Assembly: GCA_963702845.1 (NCBI GenBank)
Contig: OY969763.1
Coordinates: forward strand, 736,001-800,000
DNA length: 64,000 nucleotides
Direction: 5' to 3'
Source: an uncultured Verrucomicrobiae bacterium
Lineage (GTDB): Bacteria > Verrucomicrobiota > Verrucomicrobiia > Limisphaerales > Palsa-1400
The position numbers and the translations under genes were made by a program. Under the pieces are notes generated by a model, which ran no database searches, was not told the origin of the DNA, and saw only the letters and a list, made by a program, of their open reading frames with translations. This document shows, piece by piece, positions 20,447-29,396 of the stretch. The stretch's first letter is position 1. Every line of letters begins with the position of its first letter.

Positions 20447-20525
20447 TTGTACAGTTAACCACCGGTGGACTCGCGCACCAATTAAAATTGGTGTCAGTGC
20501 GTTTCGGCATTACATTGCCGACCGC

Positions 20526-23018
20526 ATGTTAGCTGATGCCCCCAGTGTGAAATCTGCCGTCCGGACGCAAATCCCGGAATTACTCGCCCCTGCCGGCGAT
20601 TGGGATTGCGCCAAGGCTGCGGTCGAGAATGGCGCGGATGCGATTTACTTCGGCCTCGAGCGGTTCAACGCGCGCATGCGAGCGCATAATTTCACTGAGG
20701 CCGATTTGCCGAAGTTGATGGAATTTTTGCACAGCCGCGGCGTGAAGGGTTACGTCACTTTTAACACCCTTATTTTTGCCAACGAACTCCCGGAGGCGGA
20801 GAAATATATTCGCACGATTATCGCTGCGGGCGTGGATGCAGCGATTGTGCAGGACGTGGGGATTTGTCGGCTGATTCGGCAGATGTCGCCGGATTTTCCC
20901 ATTCATGCGTCCACGCAAATGACGGTGACGAGCGCGGCGGGCGTGGAGTTCGCGCGCGAGCTTGGATGCAGCCTCGTCGTGCTGGCGCGGGAGTGTTCGA
21001 TTAAAGAGATCGAGAAAATCGAGGCGGCGCAGAAGGCGTTTCCGTTGGAGGTTTTTGTTCATGGAGCGTTGTGCGTCGCGTATTCGGGGCAGTGTCTGAC
21101 GAGCGAGGCGCTGGGCGGACGTTCGGCCAATCGCGGGGAATGCGCCCAGGCGTGTCGCATGCCGTATGATTTGATTTCGGACGAGCAGCAGATTGATTTG
21201 GGTGACCGCCGTTATTTGCTCAGCCCGCAGGATTTGGCGGGGATGGAAGTTTTGCCGGAATTGGTGCGCGCGGGTGTGGCTTCGTTGAAAATTGAAGGGC
21301 GTTTGAAAACGCCGGAATACGTGGCAAACATCACGCGGGTTTACCGCAAAGCGCTCGATCAGATTTCGCAAGGGCTCACAAAGGCCGGTGCTGCTTCGGA
21401 TCGCTACGATTTGGAAATGGGTTTTTCGCGCGGCCTTTACACCGGTTGGTTCGGCGGCGTCAACAACCAGGAGTTGGTGCATGCGCGGTTTGGAAAGAAA
21501 CGCGGGGTTTATCTCGGTGAAGTTCGGCGCGTTTTAAATGGCTTTGTCTCGCTGAAATTGGAAGCGCCTTTGAAACGTGGCGACGGCGTTGTGTTTGATG
21601 CGGGGCATCCGGATCAGCAGGAGGAAGGCGGGCGGGTTTATGATGTTCGTTTGCGCAATGGAGAAGCGACGATTGCGTTCGGTGATCATGATGTTGATTT
21701 TTCGCGGGTGAAGTTGGGCGATAAACTTTGGAAAACGAGTGATCCGGAACTGGAACGGGAATTGCGCAAAACGTTTTCGGCTGAAACTCCACAATTTACG
21801 CGGCCCCTTACTTTGGAAGTTCATGGACACGCTGGTGCGCCCATGACCGTGATCGCGCGTGACGAGATGGGGAACATTTCGCAACAGCGCTCGACGATGG
21901 ATTTGCAGATTGCGCAAAAGCAACCGATCATGACAGAACGATTGCAAGATCAGCTTGGGCGACTTGGCGGGACGGCTTTGCACCTCGGCTCATTGGATAA
22001 TCGGTTGGAAGGAAATGTCATTTTGCCGATGAGTGAGTTGAACCGGATGCGGCGGGATTTGGTTGTGGAGATTGCGAACCTGCGAGCGCAGCCGAAGCGG
22101 TGGACGCTGAGCGATTACGAATTGCGGATTCCGAAAAACGAATCGAGCGGTGAGAGTTCGAAGCAGGAAGCCGAATTGATTGTGCTCGCGCGCAACATTC
22201 CGCAACTGGAAGCGGCGGTCGGCGCGCACGTCAAAACAATTTACTGCGAGTTTGAAGATCCGAAGAAGTACCGCGACGCGGTCGCGTTGTTCCGGAAACT
22301 GACGGTTGGTAATCGTGACGCCGCCATTTTTGTCGCGCCCCCGCGCATTGCGAAGACCGGTGAGGAATGGATTTTAAAACAGGTGCGGTCGTCTGATGCC
22401 GATGGATATTTGGTTCGCAACTACGATGACCTGAAGTTTTTTGCGGATTGCCGGCGTGTTGGGGATTTTTCCTTCAATGTCGCGAATCCGATGACGGCGC
22501 AATATTTCAAAGAGAAATTTGGATTGGAGCGGCTGACCGCGTCATACGATTTGAATGTTCTGCAATTGGAATCGTTGCTGAAGAGCGCGCCGCCGGAATG
22601 GTTTGAAATCACCATCCATCAGCACATGCCGATGTTTCACATGGAGCATTGCGTGTTCTGCGCCTTTTTGTCGAAGGGTACCGATTTCACGAATTGCGGT
22701 CGGCCTTGCGATACGCACCAGGTAAAACTGCGCGATCGTGTCGGTTTGGAACACCCTTTGAAGGCTGACGCCGGTTGCCGCAACACGGTGTTCAACGCAC
22801 GTGCGCAGACCGGCGCGGAGTATGCGGCGACTCTCTTGGCGCTGGGTGTTCGGAATTTCCGGATTGAGTTTGTGAATGAATCTCCGAGTGAGGTCGCCAC
22901 GACGATTGCGAGATATCGGGCGTTGTTACGTGGGGAGATTTCCGGGTCGCAATTGTGGCGCGAGTTAAAGCTGCACAATCAGCTTGGCGTGACGCGCGGC
23001 AGCTTGGACAAAGTCTAG
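20526..23018 (+). CDS. U32 peptidase family protein with C-terminal extension (RlhA-like, probable RNA hydroxylation)
   Basis: PELLAPAG, HASTQ, EVFVHGALCVAYSGQC, NRGECAQACR, LKIEGR; 830 aa long form. Confidence 0.85.
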   Translation: MLADAPSVKSAVRTQIPELLAPAGDWDCAKAAVENGADAIYFGLERFNARMRAHNFTEADLPKLMEFLHSRGVKGYVTFNTLIFANELPEAEKYIRTIIAAGVDAAIVQDVGICRLIRQMSPDFPIHASTQMTVTSAAGVEFARELGCSLVVLARECSIKEIEKIEAAQKAFPLEVFVHGALCVAYSGQCLTSEALGGRSANRGECAQACRMPYDLISDEQQIDLGDRRYLLSPQDLAGMEVLPELVRAGVASLKIEGRLKTPEYVANITRVYRKALDQISQGLTKAGAASDRYDLEMGFSRGLYTGWFGGVNNQELVHARFGKKRGVYLGEVRRVLNGFVSLKLEAPLKRGDGVVFDAGHPDQQEEGGRVYDVRLRNGEATIAFGDHDVDFSRVKLGDKLWKTSDPELERELRKTFSAETPQFTRPLTLEVHGHAGAPMTVIARDEMGNISQQRSTMDLQIAQKQPIMTERLQDQLGRLGGTALHLGSLDNRLEGNVILPMSELNRMRRDLVVEIANLRAQPKRWTLSDYELRIPKNESSGESSKQEAELIVLARNIPQLEAAVGAHVKTIYCEFEDPKKYRDAVALFRKLTVGNRDAAIFVAPPRIAKTGEEWILKQVRSSDADGYLVRNYDDLKFFADCRRVGDFSFNVANPMTAQYFKEKFGLERLTASYDLNVLQLESLLKSAPPEWFEITIHQHMPMFHMEHCVFCAFLSKGTDFTNCGRPCDTHQVKLRDRVGLEHPLKADAGCRNTVFNARAQTGAEYAATLLALGVRNFRIEFVNESPSEVATTIARYRALLRGEISGSQLWRELKLHNQLGVTRGSLDKV

Positions 23019-23039
23019 CTGCCGAGGTAACGACGCATG

Positions 23040-23879
23040 CTATCGAAGTCGAATTTGGGGAGGCGCGGCGACGTAGTCCGCGACGGTAAGCGATGCCTCC
23101 GGGTGCGTGCGCATGAATGAAGCCGGGCATTTTGCGGTGACTGGCCCATGTAAGACGCGACGGACAACAGCGCTTTGCCACGGACGATTGCAGTAAAAAC
23201 GCAGGCGTCGCGATTCCAAAATTTCTTTCATCCCCACGGTCACGGCGCGATGTGGAATGATCGTAATTTCTCCGCCAACGGTAACTGAGTTAATCGTACG
23301 CGTTTCGCGGGTAAGGTTCAGGACGCGAGTCGGAAGTGCGGCGAATTCTTTATCGGTAATTTTTTCCTGAGCTTCAGGCGGCTCGTTAAACGCCATGTGG
23401 CCGTTGATGCCAATGCCACCGAAGCACGCATCAACGCCGCCGCGCGCTTGAATCAATTTGCCGATGTCGCCGCATCGTTGCGGGTCAGGAAAGACGCGGT
23501 TTTCCGGTTTTGGCGCGAGCTGCGGGTCGAGCACATCGTAAAACAAACGATTCATGTAACCGCGGAAACTGAGTGGGTGATCAATTGGAATCCATCGGTC
23601 GTCGTCGGTCAGATATTCATCCATGTTGATGAGGGCGACGTCGCGAATGTTCAGCCGCTCTTTGTTGATTCGCTTGGCCAGAATGGCGAATTGATCAACT
23701 GGGCCGACCGGGACGATGAGCGTGGCATTTCGTCCTTCTTTTTTTGCGCCGACAATTTCATCAAACATGTCCTGCGCAACGGCTTCGCCGATCGAGGCCA
23801 TGTCGGTCTTGATAGTGACCTTGACGTTGTTGCCTTTGCCAAGGTCGCTCGCCGGAATCGTTAGGTAATCGGGAAGCAC
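23040..23879 (-). CDS. Glucosamine-6-phosphate isomerase/deaminase family protein
   Basis: PVGP, NMDEY, GGIGINGHMAFNEP, PASF..HP. Confidence 0.82.
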   Translation of the reverse strand: MLPDYLTIPASDLGKGNNVKVTIKTDMASIGEAVAQDMFDEIVGAKKEGRNATLIVPVGPVDQFAILAKRINKERLNIRDVALINMDEYLTDDDRWIPIDHPLSFRGYMNRLFYDVLDPQLAPKPENRVFPDPQRCGDIGKLIQARGGVDACFGGIGINGHMAFNEPPEAQEKITDKEFAALPTRVLNLTRETRTINSVTVGGEITIIPHRAVTVGMKEILESRRLRFYCNRPWQSAVVRRVLHGPVTAKCPASFMRTHPEASLTVADYVAAPPQIRLR

Positions 23880-23881
23880 AA

Positions 23882-24844
23882 TCAGGCGAGGAAAGCGCTG
23901 GTGGTCAGGTGACGCAGATCGTGCGCGGCATCGGCACGTACCATTTCGTAGAACAGATGTGTCATTCCGCCGACCTGGTGCGCATCGATGTAGCGTAAGG
24001 ATTTCGACCCATGCGGACTGGTGTAGCGCGGACCTTGCGGTGTTTCAACTTTCCAGGTTTTCAAATCACTCGAAACCGCGACCCCGGTTTTTTCTTCGTA
24101 GTTTTCATGGTGGCCAGCGCTGCCATCGTAAAAGGCGATGAATTGTCCGTTGCTCGAAACGATGCTGTTAATGCGGCGGCAATAGCAGTCCCAGCCTTGG
24201 CCTTCGGGTTTTAGCACGACGCCTTCCCATTTCCAGTTGTCTAAATCGTTAGATGTCGCAAGCCCCGTCGCCGAAACACATTCGCCGGTGTTGTAAATGT
24301 CGAGAGTCGAATGCGATTTGTCTGACGTTTTCGTCGTCGGCAGCGCGATGCTCAGGAACATATAGAACTTGCCCGCTTGCTCAAAAATAAATGGATCTTT
24401 GACCCCTTCGAGACCGAGTGGTTTGGCTTTGAAAATGGATTTGCGTGTTGCTGGATCAAACTTGCGAGGATCGCGCGCTGAAATGATATCGGTGCACCAA
24501 CGGCCATCAGCAGGATCGACGTAGCTGGTGTAATAGCGCCAGGTGCCGTCGGCGCCTTTGCGAATGGCGCTCCGTTCGATGGAGGCGGAATCGTATTTAT
24601 CTTTTCTGACGGTCCAGATGTCTTCCCAATTTTTCAAATCGGTCGAGCGCGCGATGCGGGCTTCGCCGCCGCGGTCCGGTTCGACTCCGCGTGGACGACG
24701 GATGCGATAGGTGACATACCAGGCGTTTTCGTCGGCATCGTAGAACGCGCCCGGTGCGCCGGCCCAATAGCCGTTGCCCGGTGCAACGGGTTCGCGAACG
24801 ACAGTGCCCGAGAGAAACTGTTCGGCCGTGAGAGAAGTTTTCAT
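23882..24844 (-). CDS. Beta-propeller glycoside hydrolase-like protein
   Basis: WAGAP, KDPFI, repeated S.DL..W Asp-box-like motifs. Confidence 0.6.
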   Translation of the reverse strand: MKTSLTAEQFLSGTVVREPVAPGNGYWAGAPGAFYDADENAWYVTYRIRRPRGVEPDRGGEARIARSTDLKNWEDIWTVRKDKYDSASIERSAIRKGADGTWRYYTSYVDPADGRWCTDIISARDPRKFDPATRKSIFKAKPLGLEGVKDPFIFEQAGKFYMFLSIALPTTKTSDKSHSTLDIYNTGECVSATGLATSNDLDNWKWEGVVLKPEGQGWDCYCRRINSIVSSNGQFIAFYDGSAGHHENYEEKTGVAVSSDLKTWKVETPQGPRYTSPHGSKSLRYIDAHQVGGMTHLFYEMVRADAAHDLRHLTTSAFLA

Positions 24845-24909
24845 GCAGCGTGATTTTTAATGCTGCATTGAAGTTCTTCAATAAGATTTCAACGCGAGGA
24901 TTTGAGGCG

Positions 24910-24937
24910 CCCGCCTTCGCTGAAGCTTCGGCGCGAC
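24910..24937. repeat. REP-like palindrome (same family as 54155-54181)
   Basis: CCCGCCTTCGCTGAAGCTTCGGCGCGAC; its reverse complement resembles GTCCACCGTAGCTTTAGCGAAGGTGGA. Confidence 0.55.
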
Positions 24938-24958
24938 ATTTTTGCCGGGAAGCAAAAA

Positions 24959-25050
24959 TGGCGGAGAAGGGGGGATTCGAACCCCCGGTACGATTTTACT
25001 CGTACAACGGTTTAGCAAACCGCCGCTTTAGGCCACTCAGCCACCTCTCC
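24959..25050 (-). tRNA. tRNA-Ser (anticodon GCT)
   Basis: GGAGAGG acceptor stem, D-loop GAGTGG, anticodon arm GCGGT-TTGCTAA-ACCGT, long variable arm, GGTTCGAATCC, encoded CCA. Confidence 0.97.
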
Positions 25051-25122
25051 GCTAATCCGGCTACACTAGCACGTGACCCCATAACAAAAAAGCAGAATTT
25101 GCGTTAGATGCGAATGACGGTT

Positions 25123-26337
25123 TTAGCGCACAACCGCCGTGTTTTTTGTTGGCAATGTCAGGACGAGCAGGATCCCTGCGGCGAAAAGAGCGGCACTGTA
25201 GCCGAATGCCACAGCGATTCCCATGCTCGCCCAAAGCGCCCCAACCACAATGCTGGAGACAAAGTCGCCAAGACCATTCACCGTCGCCAGCACGCCGAAG
25301 GCCAGGCCGTGTTGGGAATCGTCGACCAGTTCGGCGCAGAGCGAGTCTTCCAATGTTTCTTCAAGAGCGACGTTGGTGCCGCCGAGAATAAAGATAAGCG
25401 CGAGTGTCCACACATTGGCCGGAAGGAAAATGATCGCGAGCGCCATCAGCAGCGCCAACGTGTAACCAACCGCCAGCATGAGACGTTTCGGAAAATGATC
25501 GCCCAACCACCCGCCCACGTAAGCGGACCCGGCGTACGCAACATTGTGCAAGACATACAATCCGACCGCGATGCTGGCGGCGCGATTTACGCCCCAAACC
25601 GGCGTCAGCCGCTGAGTTGCCAACAAAATCAGCAGCGTGTGAGCAAAAGCACCTGCACCGAATAACCCAACGGCAATCACGAATCGCCGATAAATGGGGG
25701 GCAACATTTTGAGACGTTGTCCGAATGAAATGTGCGGAACCGGTTTGCGTTCCTTCTCGCGAACGAGGAATGCGATCAAAGCCGCGGCAATCAAGCTTGG
25801 GATCAGTGTCACCGCAAACAGCCGCGGGTATTGATGATGAAATATCGGCAGCAGGATGAACGCGGTGGCCGGCCCGACAATGGCGCCGCACGTGTCCATC
25901 ATGCGTTCGAACCCGAAGGCTCGACCGTACGTTTCGCGACTCACCGCTCCGGCGAGCAATGCTTTGCGCACAGGTGTTCTGACGCCGCGCCCGAGCCACG
26001 CGCACGAGCGCGCGATCAAAACATGCCACGCAGAAGTCGCCAACCCGAACGCGGCAGTGCCAAGTCCGGTGACAATATATCCAACCACCGCGATTGGTTT
26101 GCGCCGTTGCAAATGATCGGTGAAATATCCGGACCCCATTTTGGCGAAGCTGGAGAGGCCATCGGAAACACCTTCGATGATGCCAAGCCATGCAGCCGCC
26201 GCGCCCATCGACGCGAGAAAAGCAGGCATGACGGTCGTGGCGATTTCGTGCGACCAATCGCTGAACAACGATGCCAGTCCAATGCCCAAGACTGTGCTGT
26301 TTAACCAACCGCGTTTCTGTTCGCGCCCGTTTTTCAC
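25123..26337 (-). CDS. MFS transporter
   Basis: About 12 hydrophobic segments; motif A-like SGYFTDHLQRRK and GGWLGDHFPKR. Confidence 0.9.
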   Translation of the reverse strand: MKNGREQKRGWLNSTVLGIGLASLFSDWSHEIATTVMPAFLASMGAAAAWLGIIEGVSDGLSSFAKMGSGYFTDHLQRRKPIAVVGYIVTGLGTAAFGLATSAWHVLIARSCAWLGRGVRTPVRKALLAGAVSRETYGRAFGFERMMDTCGAIVGPATAFILLPIFHHQYPRLFAVTLIPSLIAAALIAFLVREKERKPVPHISFGQRLKMLPPIYRRFVIAVGLFGAGAFAHTLLILLATQRLTPVWGVNRAASIAVGLYVLHNVAYAGSAYVGGWLGDHFPKRLMLAVGYTLALLMALAIIFLPANVWTLALIFILGGTNVALEETLEDSLCAELVDDSQHGLAFGVLATVNGLGDFVSSIVVGALWASMGIAVAFGYSAALFAAGILLVLTLPTKNTAVVR

Positions 26338-27731
26338 GTTTTCGCGCAGCGCTTCTCAGCTTTCACCGCTTTAGGACCTGCGGGCCACTCAGGTGGATCG
26401 GTTCGGGCGGTCTTGAGATAGTTTTCGATCTTTGCAATCACCTTCGGGTTTTCGGTGGCGACATCTTTTTGTTCGTGCGGATCAGATTTCAGATTGTATA
26501 GCTCCAACGGCTTTCCGTTATGACGGACGGCTTTCCAATCGCCCATGCGCACGCCTTGTTCGAAACCGCGTTCGTGAAATTCCCAGTAGAGAAATTGATG
26601 ATTCTTTTGATGTTTGTCGAGCAGGGCAGGGCGCATGGAAATGCCGTCGATGCCCGATGGTGCGTTCGCGCCGCCGACGTCAGCGATGGTTGGCAACAAA
26701 TCCCAGTGCGCTAACACCTGGTCACTGACAGTTCCCGATTTGATATGTCCCGGCCAGCGCGCGATCATCGGAACGCGAATCCCACCTTCGTATAAATCAC
26801 GTTTGATGCCGCGCAATCCTCCGGTGCTATTGAAGTACGCCGGATTGGCCCCGCCCTCCGCGTGAGCGCCGTTGTCGCTGGTGAAAATAATCAGCGTATT
26901 TGAGTCCAGTCCCAACTCCTTCAGCAGAGCGGAGAGGCGGCCGACATCGCGATCCAGTCGCGTGATCATGCCAGCGAACGCGGCGAGAGGATGATCGGTT
27001 TTGACGTAAAGATTTCGACCCGCCGTATACGGCTGCTCCGGAAACTTCCCGAGAAATGGCTGCAACGAATCGTCAGGAACATCCATTCCGGCATGAGGAA
27101 CCGTGACCGCGAGGTAGATAAAAAATGGGCCATCCTTGTGACGGCGAACGAAGTCGAGGGTATTACTTACAATCAAATCGTGGCTGTAAAATTTACGGTT
27201 GAGTTGAACCTTCCCGGAGTTGTTCCACATGAACTCCGGGTAGTAAACGTGAGGCTCGTTGTGATCCAGATAGCCGAAAAATTCATCAAAGCCCTTATTG
27301 GCCGGAGCACCTGAATTTTCCAATTCGCCGAGGCCCCATTTGCCGAAGACGCCTGTGCTATAGCCGGCCTTCTTCAAAACCTCAGCAATGGTAGTGTCTT
27401 GCGGTTCCAAAATACCGCCCTTTTTGCCGCGATGACCGTTGCCGCGAATTCGAGAATGGCCAGTATGCATTCCCGTCATCAACGCACATCGTGACGGAGC
27501 GCAAACCGTGTCTCCAGCGTAAGCCTGGGTGAAGCGCATCCCTTCTTGCGCCAGGCGGTCAAGATTCGGCGTGCTGAACTTTTTCTGCCCATAACAACTG
27601 AGGTCGCCATAGCCGAGGTCATCAGCATTTATCAAAATGATATTCGGTTTGGTGTCGGCCTTTATAGGTTGCGCCGTGAACAGCGGAACAGCGACGGCTA
27701 TCAGGCCGAAAAAACGTGCGGCGTGCTTCAT
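26334..27731 (-). CDS. Arylsulfatase (formylglycine-dependent)
   Basis: Signal peptide, PNIILINADDLG, CAPSR..LMTG, GKW, SDNG, YEGGIRVP. Confidence 0.93.
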   Translation of the reverse strand: MKHAARFFGLIAVAVPLFTAQPIKADTKPNIILINADDLGYGDLSCYGQKKFSTPNLDRLAQEGMRFTQAYAGDTVCAPSRCALMTGMHTGHSRIRGNGHRGKKGGILEPQDTTIAEVLKKAGYSTGVFGKWGLGELENSGAPANKGFDEFFGYLDHNEPHVYYPEFMWNNSGKVQLNRKFYSHDLIVSNTLDFVRRHKDGPFFIYLAVTVPHAGMDVPDDSLQPFLGKFPEQPYTAGRNLYVKTDHPLAAFAGMITRLDRDVGRLSALLKELGLDSNTLIIFTSDNGAHAEGGANPAYFNSTGGLRGIKRDLYEGGIRVPMIARWPGHIKSGTVSDQVLAHWDLLPTIADVGGANAPSGIDGISMRPALLDKHQKNHQFLYWEFHERGFEQGVRMGDWKAVRHNGKPLELYNLKSDPHEQKDVATENPKVIAKIENYLKTARTDPPEWPAGPKAVKAEKRCAKT

Positions 27732-27883
27732 AACAAGGTTAAGGACGGTCGGGTTTTCGCTAAGGTTTCCTCAGAATTGGACTGCCCCAAAGTGTCCCAA
27801 AAATTGGACGCGAATGGGACGGTTTTCTCAAAAGAGATACACAAACACGTGGATTTAAAGGGGTTTTGCCTAGGTAAGTTCGT

Positions 27884-27899
27884 TGGCACGCCGATAGCT
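27884..27899 (+). promoter_or_regulatory. Putative sigma54 promoter
   Basis: TGGCACGCCGATAGCT (GG-N10-GC). Confidence 0.55.
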
Positions 27900-27909
27900 A
27901 TTATCATAA

Positions 27910-27982
27910 TTGCGTGTCTCACCAAGCCGCGTGTGCGGTTTGGGCGGGGTCCGGTGTAGCTCAACAGCCGGATCCCGTTTTT
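27910..27982 (+). ncRNA. Candidate small RNA (two hairpins, intrinsic terminator)
   Basis: CCAAGCCGC-GTGT-GCGGTTTGG hairpin, then CGGGGTCCGG...CCGGATCCCG-TTTTT; lies just downstream of a sigma54 motif; no credible + strand gene. Confidence 0.45.
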
Positions 27983-27996
27983 CCTGTACCCACGTC

Positions 27997-28033
27997 AAAA
28001 AGGAAAACCACAGACTTTCGGTCTGTGGTTTCC
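27997..28033 (-). terminator. Intrinsic terminator of the SWIB gene
   Basis: AAACCACAGAC/GTCTGTGGTTT stem with a U-rich tail on the minus strand. Confidence 0.75.
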
Positions 28034-28114
28034 GTGCTTAAAGCGAGCAAAATAGCGGCGTCTCAGGGTTCCACTTACACCCCTCGTCGCGACCGTTGCA
28101 GCGGATCAGCGCAG

Positions 28115-28384
28115 TTATTTCTTCAAATGACCAGAGACGAGCTTGGTCATTTCGAACATGCTGACCGACTTCTTACCATCGAAGACAGCCTTGAGATTAT
28201 CGTCGGCGTTAATCTGGGTCCTCTTGACTTTGTCCTGCAGGCCATTCTTGCGAATGTAGTCCCACAGTTTTTTGGTCAGTTCGGTGCGCGGAAGGGGACT
28301 GCTGCCGACAACTTTCGACAACAGATCGTCCGGCTGAACCGGTTTCATGAAAGCTGCACTTGGTTTTCTTTTTGTAGTAGCCAT
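28115..28384 (-). CDS. SWIB/MDM2 domain protein
   Basis: AFMKP...LPRTELTKKLWDYIRKNGLQD...INAD..L..VF...VSMFEMTKLVSGHL. Confidence 0.93.
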   Translation of the reverse strand: MATTKRKPSAAFMKPVQPDDLLSKVVGSSPLPRTELTKKLWDYIRKNGLQDKVKRTQINADDNLKAVFDGKKSVSMFEMTKLVSGHLKK

Positions 28385-28465
28385 GCCTTGTATCTGTACT
28401 TTCCTGGTTCAGATTGCAACATATTTATTGTTGACACATTCGGGCCAACAACAGTCGCAATCGTG

Positions 28466-29314
28466 TTAAATATACAATGCCGTTTGCAAATCGCGCACCA
28501 CGACACTCATGTAAGGGTAACGCTGAGCCGGTTCGCGCTTCAAGCACTTGAGAACGATCGGTTCCAAAGCCGGTGGAAGCTCGGCATTGAACTCGCGCAG
28601 ATTGGTCGGAGGACCCGTCAATTCGGCGCGCAAGATTTCTTCGGGCGTTTCGCCGGGAAAAGGTTTTGTGCCGGTGAGAAGTTCGTAGGCCATCACGCCG
28701 AATGAAAAAATATCCGCGCGCGCATCAAACGGCTCTTTCATCAATTGCTCCGGCGCCATATACGCAGGTGTCCCCGGCATTTTCGACATCGTGATCGGCT
28801 CTTCCGGTTTGGGTAGAGCGAGATCGAAATCCACCAAACGCACCCCGCCGCTGCGTGTCACGAGGATGTTCTCGGGCTTGAAATCCAGGTGCATGTAGCC
28901 GCTGTCGTGCATGTGTTCCAGCGCGAGCGACGAATCGATGATGATTTGCGCGAGGTTTTCCGCGAGAATCGGATCCTGTCGCCCGAGCAAAATCTTCAGG
29001 TTCGACGCTTCCACATATTCCATCAAAAGATAAGGCGTGAGCTCGATCGTGCCGTGTTCGACATACCCGATGACAAATTCGTTGGTGTGAATCTTTGAAA
29101 GAATCTCGCAGCCGCGCATAAAGCGTTTGCGCGCGACGAAGTTGAACCGAAGATTTTTGTGCAGGCGACGAAGGGCATAGTGCTTCCCGTCCTGGTCGGT
29201 AGCCACCCAGATGTCGGCCATGCCGCCGCTGTTGATCAACTCCTGGCAATAGAAACGCCCAAAGCGACCGGGCTCAGCGCTCGGCTGGTTCTTGGGCATT
29301 TGCGTAAAATCCAT
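28466..29314 (-). CDS. Hanks-type Ser/Thr protein kinase with atypical motifs
   Basis: SGGMAD, MEYV, HLDFKPENIL, DFD, GTPAYMAPEQ, DIFSFG. Confidence 0.88.
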   Translation of the reverse strand: MDFTQMPKNQPSAEPGRFGRFYCQELINSGGMADIWVATDQDGKHYALRRLHKNLRFNFVARKRFMRGCEILSKIHTNEFVIGYVEHGTIELTPYLLMEYVEASNLKILLGRQDPILAENLAQIIIDSSLALEHMHDSGYMHLDFKPENILVTRSGGVRLVDFDLALPKPEEPITMSKMPGTPAYMAPEQLMKEPFDARADIFSFGVMAYELLTGTKPFPGETPEEILRAELTGPPTNLREFNAELPPALEPIVLKCLKREPAQRYPYMSVVVRDLQTALYI

Positions 29315-29396
29315 ATTCGCGAACTGCGAGCTAAAATTGTCATAAGAAGGAAATTTCGCGAGAAGTTTTTCGCTTGTAGAAAGCCGACCACTCTCG

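Noticed and set aside
23040..27731. Single sulfated amino-sugar catabolic operon (sulfatase, MFS, GH-like, isomerase)
   Set aside because: Co-oriented but interrupted by tRNA-Ser; no regulator or substrate evidence
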